A stretch of 63,144 nt of DNA, filler included, from Octopus bimaculoides (taxonomy: Eukaryota): NCBI RefSeq assembly GCF_001194135.2. It is 8 parts of 7 records of this genome, joined end to end, with 100 filler letters (N's around TTAATTAATTAA, not from the genome) between each part and the next. Parts side by side here need not be neighbours in the genome. Positions count along the whole stretch, not along the records: positions 27,206 to 35,117 come from NC_069002.1; positions 35,218 to 42,381 come from NC_068993.1; 6 more parts are not named here. One strand, given 5' to 3'. A program made the translations under genes and the position numbers. The notes beneath the pieces were generated by a model. It did no database searches. It was given only the letters and a program-made list of their open reading frames with translations, and was not told the origin of the DNA. Below, piece by piece: positions 28,370-41,703 of this stretch; position 1 is the first letter of the stretch; every line of letters begins with the position of its first letter.

Positions 28370-28722
28370 TACCGCGGGTGTTGCGGCCCCCGCGATGGGT
28401 GAAAATCCGCGAATTAGAAACAGTACTGTACTGTATATTATTTTTTTTTTATTTTTATAATTTGTATATATTTATTTTATTATAAATGTAAAACACCACG
28501 GAGGATCGACGTAGGCTTAAATAATAAACCGCGATAGGTGAACCTCGATAGGTGAACTGCCATAGGTGAACCGCGATAGTTGAACCGGGATAGGTGAACT
28601 GCCATAGGTGAACCGCGATAGGTGAACCGCGATAGGTGAACCGCGATAGGTGAACCGCGATAAATGAACTGCGGTAGGTGAACCGCGATAGGTGAACCGC
28701 GATATAGCGAGGGATTACTGTA
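28370..28722. mobile_element. pogo/Tigger-like non-autonomous element end with subterminal tandem array
   Basis: Right end reverse-complements to TA-CAGTAATCCCTCGCTATATCGCGG, a Tigger-type TIR. The left TIR was not found. Confidence 0.6.
28526..28707 (+). repeat. 14-bp minisatellite (GAACCGCGATAGGT) x13
   Basis: Thirteen head-to-tail units counted, with point variants and no spacers. Confidence 0.95.
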
Positions 28723-29340
28723 GATGTGTATATGTACAAGTATATGTCGTATGCATTTATATTTGTATACATGTGTATTTGTACATGTGTCTATCACTGT
28801 CTGTATATGTGTGTCTATGTGGACGTGTGAATGTTTGGTGATGCTCTTTGAAAGAGGAATTAAATCCGCCAACGCACCGCCACCGCCAATGCCAACACCA
28901 ACACCAACGCCTCCACGTGGCATAGCATTACCGAATTCTTCCGGTGGGACATAATCTGGGTTTTAAAGCCATAAGAATTTAACCTCGTTTACTTCTAATC
29001 CACACAACAGCCAACATTTTCGTGTGTCATCGATACATGAAGAGAGAAAAACACCAACCTTATCACATCAAGACACTCCGGATTACATATTTATATTCTC
29101 TCATCCGCTTTTTCTCTTCCTCTTTCTTTCTATTGTCCGTTCACTTAGAAGCAAAATGCCGATCAGATGAAGTTTTCCGGATTACATATTCACCTCTTTC
29201 ATTCCACAGACAGTTAATTACATACCATCGCAGTCATTCGCTCTCCTTCATTCATTCTTTCGCTGCCTCTGCCAGCTTCTCACCTTCTTTCCTACTAGCT
29301 TTCTCTGTCTCTTGGTCATTCAGTTGGCAGGATTATCAGT

Positions 29341-29361
29341 ATGTGTGTGTGTGTGTGGGGC

Positions 29362-29409
<48 letters not shown>

Positions 29410-29438
29410 ATGTATGTATGTATGTATGTATGTATATG

Positions 29439-29520
<82 letters not shown>
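29341..29520 (+). repeat. Compound (TG/TA/TATG/CA)n microsatellite, typical of dozens in this window
   Basis: Direct reading. Confidence 0.95.
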
Positions 29521-29522
<2 letters not shown>

Positions 29523-30255
29523 ACTTAAATATGTGTTTATAGCTGTCAATACACACACATATTTATATGTATACATACATACATATATATATATATATTA
29601 CACACTCACATAGATATACACACAGAGACATATCACTTTAATATGCGTTTATAGCTGTCAATAGCATTATGTATATATGTGTATATAAGTGCGTGTATAT
29701 ATATATATATATTGACGGATGGATAAATGGATACACATACATATACATAAATATATATGCATATAGAGGGACACCTCACTTAAGTATGTGCGTATGTGTA
29801 TACATATATTTATACACGCACAAACACACACACACACATACATAACACATAGATGTATATCAATATAGCAATATCAATCCCATAAACACACACAACATAT
29901 ACGATATAGCTATTACAATATGTATGTATATATGTATGTGCGTATTAATACATTCACACACAAACTTAAGTGATATGGCTATCGCAATACTTCAACAGAC
30001 GTCAAGACGAAGCTATACAAGCCCACTTATGATTAGAGCTACTGACCTGCTTCCTCCGTTTCTAAAGAAGCCATTATGAACTACATTTCTCTGTTTACTT
30101 AAGTAGTCCGGCCGACGTCTAATCACCATAAAAGCTACTTAATATTTTGAACACTTTTCATTAACAAAACTGAATAGATATATTTGCATGACTTTTATTA
30201 AGTGCAAACATTGCGTGTCTTTGTCTCGACCTGTGTAAATACACATATAGGCATA

Positions 30256-30293
<38 letters not shown>

Positions 30294-30431
30294 NNNNNNN
30301 NNNNNNNNNNNNNNNNNNNNNNNNNNNNNNNNNNNNNNNNNNNNNNNNNNNNNNNNNNNNNNNNNNNNNNNNNNNNNNNNNNNNNNNNNNNNNNNNNNNN
30401 NNNNNNNNNNNNNNNNNNNTATATACATACA

Positions 30432-30465
<34 letters not shown>

Positions 30466-30485
30466 CGTACGTACATGCATACATA

Positions 30486-30530
<45 letters not shown>

Positions 30531-31138
30531 TGTGTGTGTGGTTTCATATGTATATATTCATTTATACACATATCTATGTAAGTATCTGTATGTGTATTTT
30601 TGTATGTGTGTGTAAATATATACACACACTCACGCACATATGTACGTGTATATTTATATATATATATATATATACAAACACAAACACGCATATATGCATG
30701 TATATATGTGTGTGTGTGTGTGTGCATTTTTGTGTGTGTGTATGCATGTAAGTATATGTATATATACATATATATATATACGTATATGCACATACATATC
30801 TATGTATATAATGATTTTCCTCCAGACAGTCGCGTGCGATCTTTCGATCACTGGCACCAATATTCACCATATTTATAAAGTTCCAAGGATTGTATATACG
30901 TTAGTGTGTACACACGCGCATACAAACACACACACACACTCACACACACACACGTGCATACACACATTCACACACGCTTAAACAAATAAGTAAACAGACA
31001 AATAAATACACTTCCATTTCCAGACGTTCGCGTGCGCGCAATGATGCACAGACACACAAGCACTCACACACACTCACACAAGCACAGGTGCGTATGGGGA
31101 TAGTTACACATCTGCGCATATATTATAGATGGGTAGAC

Positions 31139-31169
<31 letters not shown>

Positions 31170-31722
31170 CGTATATATATATATATANNNNNNNNNNNNN
31201 NNNNNNNNNNNNNNNNNNNNNNNNNNNNNNNNNNNNNNNNNNNNNNNNNNNNNNNNNNNNNNNNNNNNNNNNNNNNNNNNNNNNNNNNNNNNNNNNNNNN
31301 NNNNNNNNNNNNNNNNNNNNNNNNNNNNNNNNNNNNNNNNNNNNNNNNNNNNNNNNNNNNNNNNNNNNNNNNNNNNNNNNNNNNNNNNNNNNNNNNNNNN
31401 NNNNNNNNNNNNNNNNNNNNNNNNNNNNNNNNNNNNNNNNNNNNNNNNNNNNNNNNNNNNNNNNNNNNNNNNNNNNNNNNNNNNNNNNNNNNNNNNNNNN
31501 NNNNNNNNNNNNNNNNNNNNNNNNNNNNNNNNNNNNNNNNNNNNNNNNNNNNNNNNNNNNNNNNNNNNNNNNNNNNNNNNNNNNNNNNNNNNNNNNNNNN
31601 NNNNNNNNNNNNNNNNNNNNNNNNNNNNNNNNNNNNNNNNNNNNNNNNNNNNNNNNNNNNNNNNNNNNNNNNNNNNNNNNNNNNNNNNNNNNNNNNNNNN
31701 NNNNNNNNNNNNNNNNNNNNNN

Positions 31723-31770
<48 letters not shown>

Positions 31771-31779
31771 GTGTGTATG

Positions 31780-31812
<33 letters not shown>

Positions 31813-32451
31813 GTGTGTTTATATCACTTCATCTCCGTAACTTACGTGTCTGCTTACTTGGATTGTCCTATGTGTGAGCATCGTCTACATGTGTATATTT
31901 CACCGCAATATTTCTCAATGAATTCTTCTGAAGCAATGTAATCATGTTTTGTATATGGTGTTTACAATCCTAAATATTATTGGCTTCAAGCTATAATAGA
32001 ACCTACTCCAAAGTTCTTGAACAAATAAATACGACCAGTGGATTCAAAGCCATCTTACTTTCCGTTTTGATTCTAAATAATGGTTATTGCAGACATTTTA
32101 TGATGTCCAACAACCCATCTGGTCGCTCTCTACACACACTCACTGATTCCATACACTCGCTGTTCGGGTTGTTTTGTTTTTCTTATCAATCTTTGCTTTA
32201 TTTTATCTTTCTGTTTTATTATTTGTTTTCCCCCTAAAGCGACGGATTGAAAGAGAAGTTATATAGCGTCGGATAAAATGCCTTGTGGTATGTGTTTATA
32301 TTTTCTGAGTATTTGGTTGAAAAATAATGAGACACAATTTTTTTTGCTATTTGTATCGCTGTGGCTGTACTGATAAGACTTCGTACAGAGTATATCACCG
32401 TCAGGTGTCGTTGGCATGTGCCATAATCACTTCCGTACTTGTAAGACTGTG

Positions 32452-32750
32452 AAGCCGCGTGGCTTGGCGGTTAGGCTATTCGCTTCACGACCTTACGATC
32501 GTGAGTTCAATTTCCGGCGACGCGTTAGTGTCCTTGAGCAAGACACTTTATTACACGTTGCTCCAGTTCACTCAGCTGGTAAAAATGCGTAGTACCTGTA
32601 ATTCAAAGGGCCATCCTTGTCACACTCTGTGTTACGCTGAATCTCCCTAAGAACTGCGTTAAGGGTACATGTAACTTTGGAGTGCTCAACCACATGCACG
32701 TTAATTTCACGAACAGGTTACTCCGACGACGGATCAACTAGAACACTCGT
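32452..32750 (+). mobile_element. SINE family B with a different tail
   Basis: Same head and core as 17443-17688. Related copies at 11120-11240(+) and a tail piece at 35840-35950(-). Confidence 0.8.
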
Positions 32751-32816
32751 CGCTTGTGAAGTTAAACGTGTGCGCGCGCATGCACACTCACACACATACA
32801 CACACACGCACGCACG

Positions 32817-32848
<32 letters not shown>

Positions 32849-33457
32849 CATGCGCACACATTCATACAGGGAGGAGACAGAGAGGGAGAGTGGGATCAAA
32901 CGGGATGATTAGAACTCAGTAGAAATATTAAATATTTGCTATGTGGCATGCTCGAAACTTTCAGCGTTTGAGTCACTGGTGCGACATATATATATNNNNN
33001 NNNNNNNNNNNNNNNNNNNNNNNNNNNNNNNNNNNNNNNNNNNNNNNNNNNNNNNNNNNNNNNNNNNNNNNNNNNNNNNNNNNNNNNNNNNNNNNNNNNN
33101 NNNNNNNNNNNNNNNNNNNNNNNNNNNNNNNNNNNNNNNNNNNNNNNNNNNNNNNNNNNNNNNNNNNNNNNNNNNNNNNNNNNNNNNNNNNNNNNNNNNN
33201 NNNNNNNNNNNNNNNNNNNNNNNNNNNNNNNNNNNNNNNNNNNNNNNNNNNNNNNNNNNNNNNNNNNNNNNNNNNNNNNNNNNNNNNNNNNNNNNNNNNN
33301 NNNNNNNNNNNNNNNNNNNNNNNNNNNNNNNNNNNNNNNNNNNNNNNNNNNNNNNNNNNNNNNNNNNNNNNNNNNNNNNNNNNNNNNNNNNNNNNNNNNN
33401 NNNNNNNNNNNNNNNNNNNNNNNNNNNNNNNNNNNNNNNNNNNNNNNNNNNNNNNNN

Positions 33458-33499
<42 letters not shown>

Positions 33500-33526
33500 A
33501 AATCACACACACACATAAAATGATCT

Positions 33527-33825
33527 TCAGCTTAATGTGGAGATTGTGTTAGAACATAGAATACAGCGATATTTATCTAGCGAGGATCCCTCATATGAAA
33601 CCGTAGTGCATAAAAGCCTTTTGGCGTTGATATTGCTTCTGTCGTTATTAATTATTTTGGCTATTTGCGGCACCAGTGCACCAACAGACACTGGTGTTCT
33701 ATGTATATCGTTGACGGGATGATTCGGCTGTTTTGTCGCCACTGGATACCTGTCTCTGAGGAACTCATAGCAGGGTGAAATCCCGTGACTTGGCAGTTCC
33801 GGTGAGCATATCAGACGGTCCTCGT
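33527..33825 (-). CDS. Terminal coding exon: (D)EDRLICSPELPSHGISPCYEF...KRLLCTTVSYEGSSLDKYRCILCSNTISTLS*
   Basis: Acceptor ctttaattctatcgctgacAG|, phase 1 matches the upstream exon, 98 open codons then TGA at 33529-33527, non-repetitive composition. Confidence 0.68.
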
Positions 33826-33928
33826 CTGTCAGCGATAGAATTAAAGGTGCTTTGTCGCACAGAATTTTAAGTCAATCACATCACAATGGTGAGCGCAACT
33901 GAATAGAAAAGCCTGTAATGAAACTTAC

Positions 33929-34081
33929 CGATTTGGGAATAAGTATGTAACTCTTGATGCCGATAAATGTTATTGAATCTTATTGTATACTGTCCACTTT
34001 TTGTTCTCTTGCAGCATACATTTTTACCTGTTCTCTTCCTCAGTTTAGATTTTTTATTCTCATTTTTAGCAGCATTTGTTG
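33929..34081 (-). CDS. Internal coding exon, phase 1/1: (A)TNAAKNENKKSKLRKRTGKNVCCKRTKSGQYTIRFNNIYRHQELHTYSQI
   Basis: Acceptor tttttatatacttcactgttAG|, donor TCG|GTAAGT, 153 nt fully open, LRKR furin-type site followed by CC. Splices in frame to the next exon over a 103-nt GT-AG intron. Confidence 0.7.
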
Positions 34082-34851
34082 CTAACAGTGAAGTATATAA
34101 AAACTATCAGGTTGTCGAATTTTTCCCCAACTTCGATATGGGAAAAACTAAGTTATTGTATCTTATCTTATATTATTCACTTTTTGTTCTCTATACCAGG
34201 CGCCTACTGTTTGAAACTTACAAACTTCCTACACACTGATCACCGAATTATATACACCCGCACACCCCACATACATATATATATATATATGTGTGTGCGT
34301 GTGTGCGTGTTTAGTTTAGGACAATCAGTAAGTTGTCATAATAGGAATCAGAGTTTCAAATGCCGGAGCTAAGAGCTACGATGCATTCTCATCGGCTATT
34401 ATGACAATAGACGCTTAAAAAAAGAACGTTGAATAAAAGGGAAGTATTTTCCTTATACCGTCTGAGCTAGCATATTTGCAACTCTATAAATAATAAATGT
34501 TCTCGAAATGTTTCAAAACATTGAAAGACCGAAAGCTGGGAATGTAGCCTTCTATGACGCAGTAAACGGTTCCAGAGATTAATAATAATTTATTTTCTTA
34601 CCATACAACTTTAACATGTTCTATACACTCAGTGAATGCGGGTTTTGTATATTGTGAGTGTCTGGTATATGCATGTAAATGTGTATCTGTATGTTCATAG
34701 GTTACAGCAAATATAACATATATTCACGTATATATTATATTTACTGTGATATGTGACAAGGTACAAAGTAAATTATAAGTGTACATATATACATACATAT
34801 ACATATAAATGTATATAAACGTGTATATATGTATATACATGCATATATATA

Positions 34852-34925
<74 letters not shown>

Positions 34926-35059
34926 CGTAGATATATGCTAACACATATATACATGTATGCATATATACATATCAAATATCAATATGTAATAAGATATGTC
35001 TATGAAATATAGAATATAGATATGAGTGAATATACGCGTGTGTGTGTTTGTGTGTGTGT

Positions 35060-35117
<58 letters not shown>

Positions 35118-35217
35118 NNNNNNNNNNNNNNNNNNNNNNNNNNNNNNNNNNNNNNNNNNNNTTAATTAATTAANNNNNNNNNNNNNNNNNNNNNNNNNNN
35201 NNNNNNNNNNNNNNNNN
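35118..35217. other. Artificial scaffold linker lying between exons of the candidate gene
   Basis: N44-TTAATTAATTAA-N44. Confidence 0.95.
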
Positions 35218-36807
35218 AATGTTGTGAGTTGTAAACGCTAGCGGGATAATTTCTTATTGTAAATCTTACTGTTGCGCTTTTTACGGAACATAACATACAA
35301 TCTACGTGTTTCTGATTGGTCGCAAGGGCAATTTGACTGCACAAAAGGAAGTGGTACTACGTTTTTGATTGTCCCTATGATTGCACAACGATTTTTCTCT
35401 GCGGAATTTTATGACTGAGAAAAAATGCTCAAGGCCTACAATTTTGTTTAAGAGTAGTTTTGATTGTGCTCGAGGGATGTCCGTTTCAAAAGTTAAACGA
35501 CATATGATCCGTAAGAGAGGCGGCTGTAATAGCTGCTTTACTTCCCCCACCTGATGGCAGTAACAGAGCATTGATAAGCGTTTATATTCGTGAAGAGAAC
35601 CAAATAGCCTATTGGGAATAATAAGCGAGACGACACGTCATATAAAATAAATATTGTTTATTTAATGGTATTTCGTTAAACGTAAGACAGAAGCAATTCG
35701 TTATGGTTAATTTGGAGAACCAGAATACAAGGATTTAGTTGAACGTTTACAGTTATCGTTCTTGGTTGTCATATTAGATTTACAATCAACTTTTAAACTT
35801 CCAGGTGTTCGGCCAACTGGACATACTACTTATTGAATTAGCGTTCGAAGTAGCCGAATATTCCACAGACACGTGTACTCTTAACGTCATTCTCCAGTAG
35901 AATCAACGTGGCACATTTTTGACTAGGCTGGACCTTCAAATTGTAGGTACATTCCATCAAATGGGTATCCACACAGTTTCTGTCTAACCAAATTCGATCA
36001 CAAGGCTTAGGTCGTCCACAGGTTATGACAAATGCATTTTTTCAAGATACCAGTCAGTAGGATTGAATTTGAGGCTTGAATTGTAGCGAAGTGGACATCG
36101 TAACTGCTTAGCCATGTTTGTCAAGTAAGTAATACCTGAAACACAAGTTCGATTCTTGATTGCAGTATATCTCTCAACTTCATACCTTCGGTTTCTGGTC
36201 ATAGTAAAAACCCAGGATCTATTTCGACTCAACCAAGCTGTTCAACGCCTGGTTAATGTCAAAACTCAGTTAAAGTGACAAACTCAGCCAAGGTGTCCAG
36301 TTTTTAGGAGCAGAGAAGGACCAGAATAAAGACTGACCTTGTCACGTTAACTTCTGAGTATAGTACAAAATCAGAATATAAATAAACCATGTCAAACTGC
36401 CTTCTTCTTGCTATAATACAAAGCCAGGCTATTGATAATCTCTGTCAAGCTGTCTGTCTGGTTATAGTCTAAAGCGATAATGTAGATGATAATTAGTTGA
36501 ATTTTTTAGATTCTGGCTATAGTCCATAATCCCAGTGAAGCTGTCTAGCTGCTGGTTATAGTACAAAGAAGCCAAGGCATACATCGACACAAGTCAATGA
36601 AGAAATCTCTACTTGGCCTTTCGAATTGCAAGAAATAACAACCAAACCCAACCTGATTTAACAAAATACCTTACCATCTTAAAAAGTAGAAAGATGTATT
36701 AGATAATATACGGCTAGTTACACTATCTCTTAAAACAAAATAATAGAATGGTCACTTTGGAATGACCTTTAATAATACGTTTTCCTCGAAGCGGAATGAC
36801 CAGGCGC

Positions 36808-36842
<35 letters not shown>

Positions 36843-37569
36843 AACAATAACTACAACAACAACATTTTAGTTACTGCCAGGCTATTTAAAGCCAAACATT
36901 TCAGTATTCACTAAAGAATCCAGTCACTGTTTTTAGAACATAAAGAATTCTAATGGAAACCAATTTAAATTGCTGATTTGACAGTTTAATTCCAGCCTAC
37001 TGTTTTGTCTTTAATCGAAAAGATTTATAATACATGTGCGCGCACGCACACTCCCACAAATACAGTATTTCCTCCACACAGTCAATTTTTATTCACACAT
37101 ATGCCAATTATGCATAACATACACATCACATACAAAATTACACCCACACACACATGTACTGAACTTTCTCCCCCCCCCCCATGCACACATAGACACATAT
37201 TTCACTCATCACACAGTGATAGCTTTTTATTTTCTTTTTCAATGTGACAAAAATGGCGGAGCGCCGGGTAAAGTGCTTGGAAATATCTTAACTTCCCCTT
37301 CCTGCGTTCTGAGTTCAAACGGTGTCAAGGTTGATTTTGAGTTTTTATCCGACAGGGATCGATAAAATAAATAATAGGCGCAGGCGTACATGTGTGGTAA
37401 AAAGCTTTCTTCTCANNNNNNNNNNNNNNNNNNNNNNNNNNNNNNNNNNNNNNNNNNNNNNNNNNNNNNNNNNNNNNNNNNNNNNNNNNNNNNNNNNNNN
37501 NNNNNNNNNNNNNNNNNNNNNNNNNNNNNNNNNNNNNNNNNNNNNNNNNNNNNNNNNNNNNNNNNNNNN

Positions 37570-37607
<38 letters not shown>

Positions 37608-37614
37608 AATTCAC

Positions 37615-38255
37615 CTATGATCCTTTCTACTGAAGGCACAAGGCCTGAAATTTCGGGGGAGGGCGATAATTGATAACATCTACCCAGTGTTTTACTGGTA
37701 CTTAATTTATCGACCCCGAAAGAATGAAAGGCAAAGTCGACCTCGGCGGAATTTGAACTCAGGCGAAATACAGCTAAGCATTTCATCCAGCGTTCTAACG
37801 GTTCTTTTCTAGTCTAGGCACAAGGCCCGACATTTTTGGGTAGAGATTAAGTCGATTAGATCGACCCAGTACGCAACTGGTACTTAATTTATCGACCCCC
37901 GAAAAGATGAAAGGCAAAGTCAACCTCGGCGGAATTTGAACTCAGAACATGAAGACAGACGAAATAGTGCCAAACATTTCGCCCGGCGTGCTAACGTTTC
38001 TGCCAGCTCACCGCCCTCCTTGCGCCTATAATAGAAAGTATCATCATTGTTACCTTTAAGGTGGCGAGCTGGGGGAATCGTTAGCATGTCAGACAAAACG
38101 CTTAGCGGCATTTCTCTCGACTCTTTACATTCTGAGTTCAAATCCCACCTAAGTCAACTTTGCCTTTCATCGAAAAAAATAAAGCACCAGTCAGGACCTA
38201 TGGTCAATTTGCCCCTCCCTGAAATCCCTAACCTTGTGCCAAAATTTGAAATCTT
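37615..38255. mobile_element. Cluster of three SINE family C copies (-,-,+)
   Basis: Repeated ttctgagttcaaattccgccgaggtcgactttgcctttcat...aagtaccag motif. Confidence 0.85.
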
Positions 38256-38961
38256 TATTACTGTGAATGCTTTTTCTTTCTTGTGAAACACCTAACGTCT
38301 GCAGCCTTCCATTTCACTCAGGACTTAATATCTGGTCCATAGGAAAGCGATTTAATTATCAAGTTTCAAGGATTGATCCTCGTTTGTGGCTATTTTCCCT
38401 TATATTTGAGCAAAGCCTGAGTACCAAAATGTCCTCCATTTCTAACAGCCCTGTCTCTATTTCCTCTTCGTTCCCCATCCTGTATACGTCTCCCACATCT
38501 TTCTTTTCTTCGACTTTTTCCTCATCATCTCCACTCTCTTAACCGTCATCGTACTGTCTCATTGCCACCAACCATGAGTATCACCCACTCACCTCATCTC
38601 ATTCCCATACCTCCCTCCTCCTCTGCTACAACCATTAACATAGTCTCACTCCCACCATCAGTACCTCCCTACGACTATACTTCACTATACACTCCTACTA
38701 CAACCACCCTTGCATCTCTCCCTCCTACTCTCACCAATTTCCCAATTATCCCATTTCCGTTCCTTCCCGACAACTTTTCCTTCGTCCTTAACGAGAGTTT
38801 AAGAAATCTTAACTTGAATGACATCCCAGTTTCCCACCCTTTCATCTCTTCCGATGCCTCATACACCTAATTACATACATACATACATGCATGCATACAT
38901 ACATACATACTTATATAATCATGTACACACGTACACTGGGACATATACACATATACAGATC

Positions 38962-39040
38962 TATACATACTTATATAATACATACTTATATAATACATAC
39001 TTATATAATACATACTTATATAATACATACTTATATAACC
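38962..39040 (+). repeat. 15-bp minisatellite (ACATACTTATATAAT) x~5
   Basis: Direct reading. Confidence 0.9.
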
Positions 39041-39377
39041 ATGTACGCATGTACGCATGTACACACGGACATATATACATATATAGATTTATATTTTTAC
39101 GATTGCACATACACACATTCTTCACACATACACATATCCACATCACCTCAAACCAACTAATTCTGACATCCGTGACCAGAATGCTTCATTTATTCACTTG
39201 GATTAATTTATTAATGGCATTTGGTGTTGCTGTTGCTGTTGTTGTCAAAAATAGTCCAATCGCTGTTCCCAAGTGACACTAGCTGCCTCACCAATCGATT
39301 CCGTTCTTTAATTGAAGTCAGCGACTCATTAGATTTACTCCAAACTGTAAGACCGGCCAATATTTTATGGAACATTA

Positions 39378-39603
39378 AAGGCCGGCGAGCTGGCAGAATC
39401 GTTAGCACACCGGGCGAAATGCTTAGCGGTATTTCGTCTACCGCTACGTTCTAAGTTCAAATTCCGCTGGGGTCGACTTTATCTTTCATCCATTCAGGGT
39501 CAATAAATTAAATACCAGTTGCGTATTGGGGGTCGATAAATTAAGTACCAGTTGCGTATCGGGGTCGAACTGATCGACTGGCTCCCTCTCCCAAAATTTC
39601 AGG
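39378..39603 (+). mobile_element. SINE family C with an exact 19-bp target-site duplication
   Basis: aatattttatggaacatta at both 39359-39377 and 39604-39622. Confidence 0.9.
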
Positions 39604-39631
39604 AATATTTTATGGAACATTATTTACCATT

Positions 39632-40091
39632 CAGTGGTTCTCAACCATTTTGTGCCTCTAGACCCCTTTCATTCCTTTTTTACTCTACTGCACCGCCAAA
39701 GCCATTCGATGTATATCGAAAAAATCCTACTATATTTTTATAATTAAATATTATTAGAAATTGCATAGAAGGCGGTGTGCTGACAGAATCATTTGTACGT
39801 TGGACGAAACGTTTAGCGGTATTTCGCCCGTCGCTACGTTCTGAGTTCAAATTCCGCCGAGGTCGACGAAATAAGTACCAGTTGAACACTGGGGTCGATG
39901 TAATCGACTCATCCACACCTACCCCGAGCTGCCTTTGTGGCAAAAATTTTAAATAATTATTAGAGATTACATAAAGATATTAAAATATTTTAAATATTGT
40001 GGAAGTATAAACAATTTATTGAACGTAAATTTTAACAGCAAAATATTACATGGATCCCCAGGGGGCATATTAATCCCGGCTGAGTACTCCT
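39632..40091. mobile_element. Degenerate hAT-like MITE with a nested SINE
   Basis: Left end cagtggttctcaacc and degenerate right end cccggctgagtactcct. TSD unclear. Confidence 0.4.
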
Positions 40092-40260
40092 ACCAGTATC
40101 AGATTATCATTTATTTGACTCTACAATCAAGGACAAAACTCCACAAACCCTCCCTGGGATTTATACAGAGGTCGACCTTTATTTAAACTGATACGACAAC
40201 ATCTGTTCTTTAATGTTTTAAGCTAACAAGTTAGGTGAAATGAAAAAAAAAATACTCTTA

Positions 40261-40650
40261 GCAGGTGTGGCTGTGTGATAAGAAGCTTGCTTCCCAACCA
40301 CATGCTTATGGGTTCAGTCCTACTACGTGACACTTTGGGCACATTTCTTCTACTATAATGTCGGGCCGACTAAAACCTCGTGAGCGGATTTGATGGACGG
40401 AAACTGAAAGAAGCTCGTCATGTGTGTGTGTGTTTGTGTCTGTATTTGTCCCCCACCGCCGCTTAATAACCGGTGTTAGGGTGTTTATGTCCCAGTAAAT
40501 TAGCGGATCAGCAAAAGAGATCGATAGATTAAGTACCAGACTTTAAAAAATAGTCTTGGGGTCGATTCATACGACAGAATTTTTTTAAAGTCGGTGCCCC
40601 AGCATGGTCTCAGTCTAATGACGGAAACAAGTAAAAGATAAAAGAAATAA
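40261..40650 (+). mobile_element. tRNA-derived SINE family A, full length
   Basis: tRNA-like head (ggctgtgtgataagaag...ggttcagtcc), internal (TG)n, and a conserved tail ending gaaacaagtaaaagataaaag. Confidence 0.85.
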
Positions 40651-41703
40651 AAAAAAAAGCAGACATGAACCCAGTTGTATAAAATATTGAATGCTTTCGT
40701 TTCAAGTCAAGGCTGTATCACAAAGAAGTGTTAAGTTACTCATTTATCGTCAGAAGATCTGCGTCACGAACAATTGATCGTCTGCTTAGTCCAAACTCCA
40801 CATGCAAATTGTACATTACACTGTTTAATGTATATCAACATACATGAGGATCCTGCCCAGTCAAATGATTGGTGAATGTTCGGCCAATAGATGCGTGGAC
40901 AGACTCGGTTACTGTTATTTCTTCTGTCTATTCTCTACTATATAACAGTCACCATTCCCGTGACCTTTCTGATTGTCTGTCATTCTCTTCTCTTCTAAGA
41001 TAGACCTTAACAAATTCTCTACAGCTCGACAGTTTACATGGTTGGTAGATATTACAAAAGAGAACAGTGTGATGGACGAACTTATATGATATAAGAGGCC
41101 AGTTTTGTTTTCTCTTTTCATCCAGGTCACTATTATTTTCTAATTGAAGTAGTCTAGCTTTTCATCTCTCCTTCACCTCTTTTAATCAATATTTTCCTCC
41201 TCTCTTTCTTTCTTTCTTTCTTTCTTTCTCTGCACACACACGCACGCATTCCAAACATGTAGCAGAGTTTATTCGTTTGATGCTAATCAGACTTTCAAGT
41301 CATAAGCGATCCTTCGGGCAACAAGTAGCACAAAATTCTGAATAGCGACGGAGTGAACCACCAGCTTTGAACGAATACATACATACATGCATACATACAT
41401 ACATACATACATACTTAACATACACACATCCATGCATACGTACGTATGTATGTAGTCCATATGTTTACGATACTTGATGGGCATAAATTTAAAAGAATGT
41501 TCGTTGACGTAGGCATGATAACAGTAATAACAATAACGTTGATGCTACTGATGATGATGATGGTGATGATGATGATGGTGATGATGAGCATAAATGTGAT
41601 GAGGATACTGACAACAAATGACCAAAAGGAGTCGAAAAAAGCGGCAAGAAATCAAACATCAACATTTTCAGTCAAAACAAATGAGGTGAGAGAAGAGACT
41701 TAC

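Noticed and set aside
28526-28707. CRISPR-like regular array
   Set aside because: Units are contiguous with no spacers, the context is eukaryotic, and the array sits inside a transposon end.
35302-35551. 82-codon minus-strand frame as the missing phase 0-to-1 exon
   Set aside because: Modest acceptor and no credible phase-1 donor.
38300-38870. Pro/Ser/Thr-rich ORFs
   Set aside because: Pyrimidine-rich sequence resembling a decayed CR1-type LINE 3' region (similar piece at 52560-52740); too degenerate to call either way.
40261-40335. tRNA genes at SINE heads (also 17615-17688, 32452-32520, 4735-4800)
   Set aside because: Degenerate A/B boxes run into SINE bodies; no complete cloverleaf.
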